This document shows positions 29,880-46,311 of a DNA stretch of 64,000 nucleotides, one piece after another; position 1 is the stretch's first letter, and every line of letters starts with the position of its first letter. The stretch lies in assembly GCF_009914755.1 (NCBI RefSeq), contig NC_060946.1; one strand, 5' to 3'. Source of the stretch: the human T2T-CHM13v2.0 reference genome, Homo sapiens. A program made the position numbers and the translations under genes. The notes under the pieces were generated by a model that did no database searches, had not been told where the DNA came from, and saw only the letters and a program-made list of their open reading frames with translations.

Positions 29880-30530
29880 CACAGGGTCAGCGCTGTGACG
29901 GGGCCCAGGCCGCTCTCAGTGACGCCCGCAAAACCCCACGTGGCGGGAACCAGGCTCAGCCACACTGGCGGCGTCAGCAGAGCCTGTCGGTGCAGGCGGC
30001 GTTCCCGGAAACTAGGAGGCCGCTGTGACCCCCAGACGTGCAGACCTGCTGAGGGTCCAGCGCTGCGGCTGGGCGGGGTCGAATTGTGTTCTGGGCAATG
30101 CTGGTGTCACTTAAAGTGAAATACACAAGGGGCGGACGGGCGGCTCCCGGGCTCCGGGTCCTTGGCCTGGACCTCGGCCTCCCCAAAGTGACCCCGGATG
30201 GCACCGCGAGTCCCCGTTTCCGACAACCACACGGCGCCGGCTGCACACGTCCTGTTTGCGTGGTTGCTAGGAGGTTGCCATGGCGACTAATCGGGGATGA
30301 GGGAAGCCTAGCGCTTAACACATCCCCCTCCGACGGTCAAAATTGGGCCTCTCTGGCAGCTGCTCCTGGGATCACAGCCGCCCACGCAGGGCCTGGGGAT
30401 GGCTGGGCCCCCACAGACCCTTCCAGAAGCCGACACACCGGGGGATGATGGATGAACAGGAGCAGAATGGGTTAAGGATGGAGCGCAAACACAAACGGGA
30501 TTGGGCCAGGTGGCCCGGAAGTGCCTGGGT
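29880..30530. promoter_or_regulatory. CpG-rich promoter/enhancer-like segment
   Basis: Locally high CpG density; TTCCCGGAA (30002-10), GC box (~30071), X-box GTTGCCATGGCGAC (30274-87), CCGGAAGTG (30515-23). Confidence 0.5.
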
Positions 30531-30943
30531 CCCCAGATGGCTTGGATCCGTGTCTGTGGGTCTGGCGGGCCCCTCATGTATGCCGGCTCCCCCGGCAGCC
30601 CCTTGGCCTTGGACAGGGCCACTGGGTCTCCCTCAGCCACAGATGAGGAACCCAGGCTGTCAGAGGTGAGGTGCCCTGACCCCACCAGGAGCCTCCCCGA
30701 GTTACTGTCAGGGCGCTGGGATGCGCCGGGATGGAAACACACACCTCCCACGGAGGTGACGAAGAGACGCAGGCTCAGAGAGGCCTAGGGCCTTGTCCTG
30801 GGTCACCCAGCACACCAGGGATGCTGCAGTGTGCAGGCAGAGGCACTGGAACACCCAGTCCAGAGGGACTGGGGAGAGGCACCGGCCAGGGACACAACGA
30901 TGGGGATGGGGCAACAGGCAATTGTGTAATTAAATGCCCGGGA

Positions 30944-31614
<671 letters not shown>

Positions 31615-31990
31615 CTATGCCAGGCAGCAAGGGGCACCCTGGCCAATGCAGTGCCTGGCATGGGGCAGACGCTCCAGAGACGCTTGTGAATGGGAGGGAA
31701 AAGCAGAGACTGCCACCACATGTGGCAGATGGGGACACTGAGCCCCAAAAAGGGCAGGGGCACAGGAGAGTCCATGGAAGGGCCAGGAGCAGATCCCAGG
31801 GCTGGGCCGTGGTGGCCCCCACCCCACAGCCCACCCCGATCCTGAAGCAAGGGTGGGAGGGGGAAGGGAAAGAAAAGCCCCAGAAGTGGGTGGCCGAGTG
31901 GGCAGGGGCAGCCCCACACCACTGCCTCCCCCACCCCCGGTCTGCAGGGTGGGGGGTGCCGAGGCTTCTGCGGCCTCTGAGGAGGCAGCT

Positions 31991-32021
31991 GTTGCTATGG
32001 TGACCACCGTTACCTGGCAAC
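31991..32021. promoter_or_regulatory. Tandem RFX X-boxes
   Basis: GTTGCTATGGTGAC (31991-32004) and GTTACCTGGCAAC (32009-32021). Confidence 0.55.
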
Positions 32022-32694
32022 TAAGCCGCATCGTCCTGGGCACCTGCTGTCTCTTCTCTGGAGCTGCTGGCTGGCTCTGGGGACAGACCTGTGTCCAAAA
32101 GCCCCCTTGTCTCAGAAAACCCACCTGTGGGGACAAGCCAGGTAGACGTGGGCACCAGGGGACCTGCAGAGCCTCTCCCGGGTCTGTGGGAACGAGAAGT
32201 GGAGCCACATCACTCAAGGCTTTCACTTTTTCAAAGCTGGGAATAATTGTATTGATTTATAGGATAATAAAAATAACATTGTAAAAAAATTTCAAACAAT
32301 ACAGGAAAGTATACAAACAAAAGTAAGACTCACTGGCATCTCATCTTGGTGGTATCTCCCGTCATCTCTCTGTGTGGTGTATCGAGGCATAAAGGCAGAC
32401 GTGGTTTAACAAGGGGGTCATGCTCTCCACAGCCCTGCTCCCCCTTGGCCCTGCACAGAGACAGGTTTCTGGGTCAGCGACTTCACTCCATCACGCCGTC
32501 GCTGCCTGGTGTCTGGCGGTGACTCACTGAGTGTCCCCTGAACTCCCGCTCAACACCCAGGTGGGCACTGGGCTCCTGAGATCTGAGACTCCATGCCTGG
32601 CCTCGGGAAAGTGGGGGCTCGAAGGCATCTGGACCAGGAGACCTTTGGCCGGCACATCCATGACCCCAACTTTAGGCCGGAGGGCCCCACTTCA

Positions 32695-33240
<546 letters not shown>

Positions 33241-34214
33241 TTAGGAAATAGAAATAAATTTGGGGGACAAGAAGGAAACACAAAGAAGAAAAATGGGGTG
33301 TGCAGGGGCATGGAGGTGGGACTGTGCTGTCATCAATCGAGTCTTACCCGGCGGGGGCATCAGGGTACCCTGACCCATCCCTCACAGAGAAGGCTGGAAG
33401 GAGGGGGTCGGGGGACTGGGCAGCAGGAAAGTGGGAACGGCACGTGCAAAGCCCAGAGGCAAGAAGGAGGTCTTTTCAAGAAACTGCAGAGGGTTCCAAA
33501 TGTAGGGGTGCTGGGTGTAAGGTGGCAGCCGACGGCAGCCACGCCACCAGGGCCCAGGCTGAAGAGCATCGCGGGGCTGAGTGACGGCGGCTCTGGAGCC
33601 CGAGCGCCACCCCTTGGCCGTCTTCACGGTGCAAAGACAGAGAGTGAGCGGTGGGGGAGAAGCTCCTGGGACAGAGGGCCCCCGCCTGCCCTCTCTGTGT
33701 GCTGGGGGGAGGGATGGGTGCTCTCCCACCACCTGCTGGGCCATCTGGGGGGGTCCCAGGCTATGGGATGGAGCACAGGGCGCTAGACCCCTGGGGCCCT
33801 GGGTGAGCCCCCAGTCTGAGATCACAATGGAGTGGTCTGGGCTGGAGAGAGGGAGCCCAGAGGAGTCCCAAGCATGCCTGGTGGTCTGCGACGGTGTCCA
33901 GGAGGAGGTGAGGTTTGGGCGGAGCTTTGGTGACAACCAGGGTGTAGCAAGGGGAGGGTGATATTCAGGATATTCAGTCCCTTCGGGGTTCCCCGGGCAG
34001 GCCTCTGCTGCCAGCTCAGCACCAGGCCCAGGCTGGTGGAGGCCACCAGAGACCACTCAGTAGACCCTCCAGAGTGGGGGTGGGGAGCCCCTCCGGATGC
34101 TGATAGTGGATGACAAACAGACGGAGAAGGGGGGCCCCCAGGACAGAGGGGCACAGGGCCGGGAGACGGGTTGCAGGGTCTGAGCCGGTTCTGCCCTGCC
34201 TGCCTGGGGACTGC

Positions 34215-34580
34215 CCACGTCCTAATCCCCTGAACCTGTGAGAATGACCTTATTTGGAGACAGGATCTAATTGCATCCTGGATTTTTTCTGGTGGGCCCT
34301 AAGTCCCATGACAGTGTCCTTGTAAGAGACAGAAGAGGAGAAGACACAGAGGGAGGCCACGTGAGGATGGAGGAAGAATGAGAGGGACAGGACCACAAGC
34401 TAAGGAACCGGGGCCCCCAGGAGCTGGGAGAGGCAGGAAAGATCCCCCTGAGCCCTCAGAGGAGCCTGGCTCTGCCGACACCCTGATTTCGGACCTCTGG
34501 CCTCCAGAACTGCGATCGAATAAATGTCTGTTGTTTTAAGTCCCCCAGGCTGTGGTCATCTGTGAGTCCGCAGAACTGAC
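34215..34580 (+). mobile_element. MaLR LTR (MLT1B/C-like)
   Basis: 'gtcctaatcccctgaacctgtgagaatgaccttatttgga', 'tggcctccagaactgcga...aataaatgtctgttgttttaag'. Confidence 0.8.
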
Positions 34581-36151
34581 TTGGGGACCTTGGGTGGCAG
34601 CAGCTCCCCTGCACACGGTCCCACGGGTCCAGCGCTGCCCACACTCTGTCCCTCCCAAAGGCAGCCCGGGTGATGAGGGCCGACAGGGTGCTGTGGCCAA
34701 GGCCGTGTCAGCGTGCAACATGGAGGGCCCGAGGCTGCTCTTGAACAACACCCACTGCCTGACCCCAAAGGCACCGTCATAAGGCAGGGGCCCGGCAGCA
34801 GCACCAGTGTACCCTGAGCTGCTGCCCAAGGGCCTGGCCTGGGCACACACAGAGGGGCCAGCTGGGCTCGCGGCCTCTCAGGGCCATTTCAGGCCGGCCC
34901 CCATGCTGGCAAACCACGGGGAAGGCCCAGAGAGGGTGGGGCCCTGTGGGATTTAGGGGGGATCAGAGGGCACACACTCTTCCAAGAGCCAGAAAGAACC
35001 CTGGACCCTGCGGGAACCGCACCCTCAGCCCCTCCCGGGCTGCAGTAGGTCTGGGGGCTGGGAGCACCTGGGCGGGGGGACGGCGTCGCCTGCCAGCCAC
35101 AGGGTCTCCAGACGGCTCAGATGGGGAGCCAGCCCCAGTGTCGCTTGGAAGGAGGCAGTTCTAGGTGGTCCAGGTTCCCAGTGTCATGGAAACAACAGTG
35201 GCTGTTTGTTAAAGTGACAGCGTCATTGTTTTCATCATCATCATTACTTGCTGGACGCTGAGCGCCGGGAGCCTCACTCACCCATCCCAGGGGGTCCTCT
35301 CCACACCCCATCAGGAGGCGGATGGGCAGGGACACACCGCTGGTGGGTGGGGACTGGCCTGGGACTCTGAGGGCCAACCCCCAGCTCCTATGGCAGTGAC
35401 AGTGGCTCACGAGCAGAAGGCCAGGGAGATGAAAGGGATGGGGGTTCCCAGGGAGGCCCCTTCCCCTCCCTGAGCCTCAGTTTCCTCCTCTGTAAAATGG
35501 GGATGAGGCTGGCCCATCCCAGGGCAGGCAGGGCTGCTGGGAGCTGACCAGGCAGAGGGTAAGACTTTGTGGACAGCATTTCTCCAGACATTTGGGAAGG
35601 GGAGTGCAGGGAACTAGCAGGTCCCATGACCAGAGGACCCCGCGCTGGGTTGAGTGCTCTGCCATCCTGTCTTGAGATTCTTAGTCATTGGTGAAGGAGA
35701 GCCCCCATTCTGGTTCACCTTGGCTGGGCCAGCTCATTATTTGGCTGGTCCTGGATGTGGGCAGCCCCAGGATGCAGCCCTCCTCCTCAGGCTGCCCCCA
35801 CACACCCCCGGCCGGGGCAGGCTGGCCGCCTCCCCGCTGGGCCTTCCTCCCGGGAAACCTCCCTGACTGCCATCCCCCCTCACCTGGGGGCCTCCCTCCC
35901 ACAGCCTGGGCAGGGGTCAGACACAGCAGGAAGGGTTTGCTGATGGGCTACATGGTGATCCTTGGGGAACACTGAGGGGCGCAGGTGTGGCTTCCCCAGC
36001 CCAGCCCTAGGAGGGCCCACAGCTGGAATTTTCATCGTCCAGAACCGTCCTGGACGGCGCCCACGAAGGGGGCCAGGTGTGAGGCAACCCCAGGAAGGAC
36101 GGTGGCTCTCCAGTCTCCGCCTGCAGGCGGCCTGATGGGATCTGTGGGGCA

Positions 36152-36170
36152 CTGCTGCCACCTAGTGGTT
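36152..36170 (-). promoter_or_regulatory. CTCF core motif
   Basis: Minus strand AACCACTAGGTGGCAGCAG matches CCASYAGRKGGCRS without mismatch. Confidence 0.65.
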
Positions 36171-36266
36171 GATGAAGAGAAGGCAGCACACACCCACCTG
36201 GGAAGAATAATGTTAATTAAGTTAGAGAGTGAGTTAGAGAGTTGTTAGTTAGAGAGAGTTAGAGAG

Positions 36267-36332
36267 TTAGGGTTAGGGTTAGGATTAGGGTTAGGGTTAG
36301 GGTTATGGTTAGGGTTACCTTTACGGTTAGGG
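36267..36332 (+). repeat. Interstitial telomeric sequence (TTAGGG)n
   Basis: 11 in-register hexamers, 7 perfect TTAGGG; preceded by degenerate GTTAGAGA units from ~36220. Confidence 0.92.
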
Positions 36333-36961
36333 TGAGACGGGGACATCCAGTCAGGATAAGCATGGGGGACCAATGCAGAAGATACAAGTTTCCTGGATGC
36401 TTCAGACAACCCAACTTTCTTCCCTTCCCCACCACTGTTCTCCAGTTAACTACTTATCAGCTTACCCTGTGCACAAGGTAATGAAGACGGTCATACAGCC
36501 AGTGAGTTGCAGGGATCGCAGGAACCCCACGACCACCAGGTGGACATTCAAAAGGCAAATCGCATCCCTGAGGACCCCACACTAAAAGCCAAGCTCGAGC
36601 CAGCTCTTCCCTCCTCAGGTGAAAGCTGTGAAAGCTTGAGGCTCTGTTGCAGGCTGCAGGGAGGAAGGGGCACCACCCTCTCCCTCCTGCCCTTCCTTCC
36701 TTGTGGGTGGTCCTATTCTTCTGTCCTGGTTTTGCAAACGCAGCTTCCAATCCCCTTTCCCACGGGGAGCCCCTCCTGTGTAGAGACAGGAGCCTCCCTG
36801 GGCAGAGACCCCAGCTCTGCCTCCGAGATGCCCCCAGGTGACCTTCAGAAGTGAAAATGGACCTCCAGCCCCACCTCTTCAAGGTGCAGCTGGCCAGTGA
36901 GTTAGCGAGAGAAGGAAGCCAGGCAGGGGGCAGGGGCACCGTGCTTAAGAGGCGGCCTCGG

Positions 36962-37366
<405 letters not shown>

Positions 37367-38688
37367 TCACCGTAAGACTGGGGCAGTGGTGCCTCTGCCC
37401 TGGGACGACCATGTGCATTCAACAGGAAATAGTCGCAGAGCTCCTGGCCAGGCTCAGTGTCCAAGGCGAGTCCTGCAGGCCCCGCAGAGCCCATGCATGT
37501 GCCTGGAGGCACCGCGGCCTGTGCTGGGAAGGAGGGAGAGGAGGAACATTCCACTGCCTCATCACTGTCCCAGAGGCACCAAATCAATGCCCCCACCTGA
37601 GGCAGGGAGGAGACAGGGCACGAGGGGAGGAAAGTAGGGGGAGGAGCGGGGCCTGGACAGAGGCAGGGGAGGAGCAATGGAGAACAGCCAGACGCCGGCT
37701 TGCCAGCAAGAATGGAGGCCAGTGCCTGGCGCAGCCACACCTGAGCTTTCCGACTGTTCATCCTGGAGATCTGCAAACCGCACTCCCCCACAACAGCCCC
37801 AGGTGCCCCTCCTGAACCCCCCTCCATCTGCCTCCTCCTCGCCTCCCAGAGCCCCCTCTGCAGGTCAGACCGTCTTGGTCTCTGGCCTGAACTTAAAACC
37901 GTTAATCAGAGCTGCTGCACCTCTGTTTGAACATCCTCTGCTCATGTCTGGGGTCCCCGTATAGGATCTAAACTCCTCCCAGGGGCTGGGGCCAGGGCAG
38001 CCTGCCTGCCTGCACCCTGGACTTCCTCTCCCTGTCACCCACCCATCAAGGTCCTCTGCTGCTGGTGCCCTGAGCCATGCTGGGGACCTCAGCTGGGCCT
38101 TTGCATGGGCTGTGCCCTCTGTGGCAGCCTCTCCCATGCACCTGCCCACCTGTTACCTTCCCCTGGCCACGGCCCACTCATCCTTCGGCTATATCAGAAC
38201 CTCTCTGACTCACAGCCTTGCCTCCCCCTGACACTCCAGGTGAGGCCCTCCCAGGGCAGGCCCACTGGTTTCCCGGGGACAGGCCTTGTTGGCATTTGCC
38301 AAATGGTGGTGCCCTGGCAGGCTCCTGCCTACCTGCCTTCTCTCCACCTCCACCAGTGGCAGCCCCCACCCCCCATGACCCTTGCTTTGGGGTCCTGAGT
38401 CTCGATGAGGGTTTTAGGGCCCACCCGGGAAGCGTAACCCCAAATCCAAGCCCTTGTCACTCCATGCACATCTGCTGAATGACCCAGGGTCACAGAGACT
38501 ACTGCATCCCATAGCCCAGCCCTGGAGCCTCAAGGGGAAGAAAGGCACCTACACAAGTAATGCTGTTGAACGAAGCCAAATTGATGGGAAGCAAACAGGA
38601 CGTGCTTCCACAGGGGAATGGGTGAATAAACTCAGGCACAGCCAGGCAATAAGATGTGATTCAGCGATTACAAGAAATGGGCTATGAA

Positions 38689-39061
38689 CACCGCCTGGTA
38701 AGTGAGGAGCGCCTCTGCCCAGCTGCCCACCATCTGGGAAGTGAGGAGTACCTCTGCCCAGCTGCCACCCTGTCTGGGAAGTGAGCAGTGCCTCTGCCCG
38801 GCCGCCGCCCTGTCTGGGAAGTGAGGAGTGCCTCTGCCTGGCCACCCCACCATCTGGGAAGTGAGAAGCACCTCTGCCCAGCCCCCCCGACCCTCTGGGC
38901 CGCTGTGCAACCTTCCAAGTGTGAAGTGACAGCCTTGTATGGGATCTTTCTGCCTTCCCCAAGTTTCCATTTTCAACATTAAAGTTTACTTAGAAAGAAA
39001 GAAGGAAAGAAAAAGAAAGAAAGAAAGAAAGAAGGAAGGAAGGAAGGAAGGAAGGAAGGAA

Positions 39062-39118
<57 letters not shown>

Positions 39119-39121
39119 GGA
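38689..39121 (+). mobile_element. SVA2 retroelement (VNTR + unique 3' end + purine tail)
   Basis: Five ~40-bp SVA VNTR units, SVA2-type 3' end 'gcaaccttccaagtgtgaagtgacagccttg...cattaaagtttact', TSD aagaaa(t/g)gggctatgaa at 38672-88 / 39122-38. Confidence 0.85.
38992..39121 (+). repeat. (GAAA)n/(GGAA)n STR derived from retroelement tail
   Basis: Directly visible. Confidence 0.95.
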
Positions 39122-39159
39122 AAGAAAGGGGCTATGAAGCCATGAAAAGCCATGGAAGT

Positions 39160-39458
<299 letters not shown>

Positions 39459-41059
39459 GGCATGGAAGCACTCAAAATGCATCTCACGAGCGGAAGAAGC
39501 AAGTCTGAAAAGGCTACAGACAGTGTGATCCCAACTACACGACCCTGTGGGGCAGGGCAAACTACGGAAACAGTGAAAGGAGCGGAGGTTGCCAGGAATG
39601 AGAGGGAGACAGGGATAAGCAGGTAGGGCATGGGGATCTCAGGGCAGTAACACTGCCCTGGATGATGCTACCATGGGGGTCCCTGTCCTTGCACAATGTC
39701 CAATGCCAAGAGGGGCCCCTCATGGAAACCGTGGACTCTGGGTGGCCCTGATGTGGCTGGTGGACAGTGATAGAGGGGAGGGTGTGCATGGTGGGGCCAT
39801 GCGGCTGTGGAAAATCTCTGCACCTTTCAATCAGTTCAACTCTGAACCTAGAACTGCTCTAAAAATAAAGTCTATTAATTTTGTTAAGGCAGATTGAGAG
39901 GTACCATTAAGGATACGCAAGAAGTAGGGGGCCAGGAGTGTGTAGGGGCCCCATCCTGTCTGGGAGACTCAGCAGTCACCCAGCCAAGCCAAGCTCAGTG
40001 TCTGTGTCTGCAGGGGGTATCCCTGACAGAGTCCCAGGAGTGTCTTGGAAAGGGGAGGTCACGAAAGGCCTTTGTAAGTCAGGGTCCTGGGTCTAAGCAG
40101 TTTGTGGAGATGGACTGGGACTGGGTGAACCTAGTGACACAGCAGAATGGCACTGGGGACGCAGTGAGGCGTGGGTTTCAAGCATGTCCTGGTGAGAGAG
40201 CAGTCATTTCACGAGCAAGCAGCTCACCCAGTGAGGTGAGCTATTGTTCAGATAAATGGATTCCAGGAAGTTCCTGAAACAAGAAAGTCCTTTGCAACTG
40301 TGTCTTCCTGAGCAAGGATTTTCTGGAATGGCCTGGTCATAGTATCACGTGCAGTTGTAGCTCTCGGTTGGATGAGCTATGGGCTGGCGGTTTGTTCTTA
40401 GGCCCTAGAGGATGGACCCAGGGACTGGCAAGGGCAAAACCTGAGGCTCCAAAGAGCTCAGAGGAGAGCAGGGAGTCAATCACATGAGGCCTCAGTTTTC
40501 CCATCTATAAAATAGATGGTGGCCTGCGTGGATTCATAGGGCCCTTCTAGCTCTCCTGGATGAGTCTGTTTGAATCCAGGCCCTGGGGAGGAGGGATGGG
40601 TGGGGGCTGGGAAGTCGCCCATGGGAGATCACAGTGGAGCAGTGACAGAGGCAGAGTTGGATCCAAATGTCCCAACGCCCAGTCCAGCCTGCTCCCTGGC
40701 CCCTCTCCCTGACCAAGAAGGGTGGGGAGCCAGGAGTGGGGCTGGGCCTTCCAGAGACACAACCACCTCATCCCTCCCTACAGCCCACCAGTCTGAGACC
40801 CTGGTTCCTCTGCCTCTCTCGGCTCCTTGTCCTGTGGCCAGCCCATGCCTGTCACCTCATGGCCAGCCCCTGGCTGTCACCACCTCTCCTTGCATCCCCC
40901 TGGGCCTAACCCACTCCCTCAAATCCATTCCCTGTGCTGGGAAGATCCATCTTAGCAAAACTCAAGTCTGATCCTGTCACTCACCTGCTCAAAAACCCCC
41001 ATGGCTCCCCATTGCCCTGTAGACAAAGACTCTCCTCACCGTATCGGAATCCTAGCTGC

Positions 41060-42845
<1,786 letters not shown>

Positions 42846-43171
42846 CTCAGGTTTTATCAAAGGCCCTCCAGACTCCTTAGCTGGCATTTGGGAGCCACCC
42901 CAGCAGGTCCCACGGCCTCTCCTGCCTCATCTCTCACTCAAACCTCCTAACCACATCCTCATCCTCTACCACCCTGGGAACCCTGTGAGGTCACACCCCA
43001 CCCCCACTGAACAACCCCATCACAGCCCTCATCACCCAGCATTGGGGTGGTGAACTGTCCTCCACCCCACCGTGAGCTCCCCTGGGTCAGAGACCAGGCT
43101 GGCTACCCCTGTGTCCACAGCACCCAGCAGGGGCCCCATAGATCCACAGAGTAGACATCAGACAAAGAGCA

Positions 43172-43875
43172 GAGGTGGATGAATGGATAGATAGATGTTT
43201 GGATGGGTGATGGATAAATGAATGGATGGATGGGTGGATAGTTGGATGGGGGGATGGAAGATGACTGGATGAATGCATGGAAAATGGGTAGGTGGATCAG
43301 TGGATGGATGGATGAATGAATGATTGAACAGATAAATTGATGGATGGATAAATGAGTGGATGGATGATGAATGGATAGATGAACGGATGGTTGGATATAG
43401 GTGGAAGGATGATAGGTGGATGGATGGGTGGATACATAGTTAGCTGTGGGGGATGAGTGATGGTGAATGAATGGATGGATGATTGAACAGATGGACGGAT
43501 GGATGGATAGATGAGTAGATGGATGATGAATGGATACATGCATGAATAGTTGGATGGGTGGGAGGATGATGGATGGATGGATGGTTGGATGGATGGGGGG
43601 ATGGATATACGTGGATGGATAGATGATGGGTGGATACCTGGATGAAAGAATGGATGGATGAATGGATGGATGGATGATTGAATGGATGGATGGATGGATG
43701 GATGGATGGATGGATGGATGATTGAACGGATGGATGGATGGATGGATGGATGGATGGATGGATGGATGGTTTGATGGGGGATGGATAAGTTGATGGATGG
43801 GGGATGGATGGATGCATGGATGGATGACTGAACAGATGGACAGATGGACGGATGGATGGGTGGGTGGGTGGGTGA
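43172..43875 (+). repeat. (TGGA)n degenerate array, copy A
   Basis: GGAT-based array. Confidence 0.95.
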
Positions 43876-45277
43876 ATAATGAAGGGATATGTGGATGTAT
43901 GGGTGGATGTGTAGATGGGTTTTCAGGGGCCTAGATTGTCCGACCATTGCCCCTGTTTTGGTACAAGGGAATGGCCATCACTCCTTTCATTCCTCTATCC
44001 TCTTTCTCCCTGCTGATTCTAATGGCTCCAGATTGGCCAAGGGCTGTAGGAGGGGATGGTCAGGCCTAGTGAGCTGGGTGAAGGAGGGTAAGAGTCAGTG
44101 CTGCACTTTGCCCTGGACTTCAAGCCAAGACTTCCTTGCTAGGAGCTCTGGCAGTGAGAACAGGACTCATGGGAGCGCCTCAGAGCAGACAGGCCACTGC
44201 CCTAAGCCAAGTGGTGACAAAGGCCCTGGCCCATGGAGAGGGAAGGAGAGAGGGCCCAGGCTTGGCTTCTCTGCTGAGCCCCAGGAAGGTGACAACTCAG
44301 CAAGGTACAGGTAGGGGAGAAGACAGATATGCCTCAAAGTGGGCCTATGCTGGCTGGAGCCTCACAAATATACAGCATCCCCCAGCAACCTGCACACGTG
44401 CATATGCACATTCACGCACACATCATCCAGCCAAGGGGCGCACTGGCTGGCTCGGACCACAGCCACCCCACTGCTGTCTCAGAATGGATCCCACCACCAC
44501 CTTCTGATGAGGCAGATTTCCTTGTGGCCATTTCACAGAAAGGCAAACTGAGGCAAACAGACTGAGTGGCTTGGTCTGAGCCTGGTTCCCCCGACCAGTA
44601 CTCCCACTCACTGGTCTACAAAAGCCAAGAGTTGTTTCAAAGGGAACCCACAGCTGTCACTGTCCCCCTGGGGGTGCAACCTCATGGGTCACATCAGTGG
44701 TGGCAAAGCTCATTTTCCATTTCCTGCCCACACTCCTTCTGCAGAGGCTTCCTGAGTATCTACTCCATGCCCAGCACTGTGCCCCTCACCAGAGGTGTAT
44801 GAGAAACAAAATCTGGTCTGTGGGCTTGCAGCGCTGGGGTCCCAGGGCCTGTCACTGAGTCCTTGCTGACTCAGAGGTCAAGGTCATCTCCCCACTGCCA
44901 GGAGGCCGGAAGGGACACGTGGCTGATGCCCTTGCATCAGGGCAGGACCAGGGAGGACTTCCCAGAGGAGGTGATTTTGAACCTGAAACCCAAAGATAAA
45001 AAGGGAGGCATCCAGGTTGGGGGAGAGGGGGCATGGCAGGGAGAAGGGGAGAAGGGCTGAGGAGGCAGCGTGAGCTGGAAGCCCAGAGCTTGTGGGGAAG
45101 GAAAGCAGGCTCCAGGCAACTCTGCAGCCAGCATGGCAACTGAGGCCAGGCCAAGCCTGGGGGGCTTAGTGTCTAAAGACAAGATGAGGATCCCAAAACA
45201 CTCAGGCTTTAGGAGGCAGCTTTGAAGCAATCAGGGTACTTTTTTTATTTTTTATTTTTTGAGATTTTGTGTAACCA

Positions 45278-45574
45278 GGCTGGGCGCAGTGGCTCATGCC
45301 TGTAACCCCAGCACTTTAGGAGGATGAGGTGGGCAGATCACCTCAGGCCAAGAGTTCAAGACCAGCCTGGCCAACATGGTGAAACTCCGTCTCTACTAAA
45401 AATACAAGAAAAAAAAAAAAAAAAAAACCTAGCCAGGCATGGTGGTGCGTGCCTGTAATCCTAGCTACTCCGGAGGCTGAGGCAGGAACCTGGGAGGCAA
45501 AGGTCGCAAGTGAGCCGAGATTGCACCACCGCACTCCAACCTGAGCGACAGAGCGAGACTCCATCTCAAAAAAA
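45278..45574 (+). mobile_element. Alu (AluS)
   Basis: Dimer with long A linker. Confidence 0.92.
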
Positions 45575-45608
45575 TTTTGATGTAACCAGGGCTTAAAAGA
45601 AAAAGAGA

Positions 45609-45930
45609 GGTTGGGTGTGGTGGCTCATGGCTGTAATCCCAGCAATTTGGGAGGCCAAGGCGGGCAGATCACCTGAGGTTGGGAGTTTGAGACCAGCCTG
45701 ACTGACATGGAGAAACCCCGTCTCTACTAAAAATACAAAATTAGCTGGGCATAGTGCTGCAAACCTGTAATCCCAGCTACTCGGGAAGCTTAGGCAGGAG
45801 AATCGCTTGAACCCAGGAGGTGGCAGTTGTGGTGAGCCGAGATCGAGCCATTGCACTCCAACCTGGGCAACAGGAGCGAAACTTTGTCTCAAAAAAAAAA
45901 AAAAGGAAGAAGAAAGAAAGAAAAAGAGAA
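45609..45930 (+). mobile_element. Alu (AluSp-like)
   Basis: Dimer with A/GAAA tail. Confidence 0.93.
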
Positions 45931-46311
45931 AGAGCTATGGCAATATATGAATTATTTGCAACCTGCTTCCCCTGCAACCCCCACCCAGACCTCTAAGGCA
46001 GCTGCTGCGCTTCCTCACCCAGCAAAATCTGCAAATTGGGATACAAGGGCAGAGAGCAGCCAGAGAGGCTGTGGGGGTGATGTCCAGGACAGAGTTGAGT
46101 GGAGTGGAAGGGCTCAGGAGGGGCCCAGATGGAATGGGGCGAGGACAGCTAGGTTTCGGGAGCTAGGAGTAAGGGAGTGAGACTCCTAGAGCACCTGAGA
46201 TAGGAGCAGAGCATGAGCGATGGGGAGATCATTTGTACACATTTGGCTGCAGGTTATGAACATCCATCCACATTATGGTGCTATCCCAGGAGTCTGCAGT
46301 AGAGTCGGCAG

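Noticed and set aside
26468-29965. Long ORFs up to 497 aa (HT-rich / CV-rich)
   Set aside because: Stop-free by composition of the CA/TG arrays
36220-36270. Retrotranscribed TERC fragment beside the ITS
   Set aside because: Flanks do not match the TERC template-adjacent sequence as I recall it
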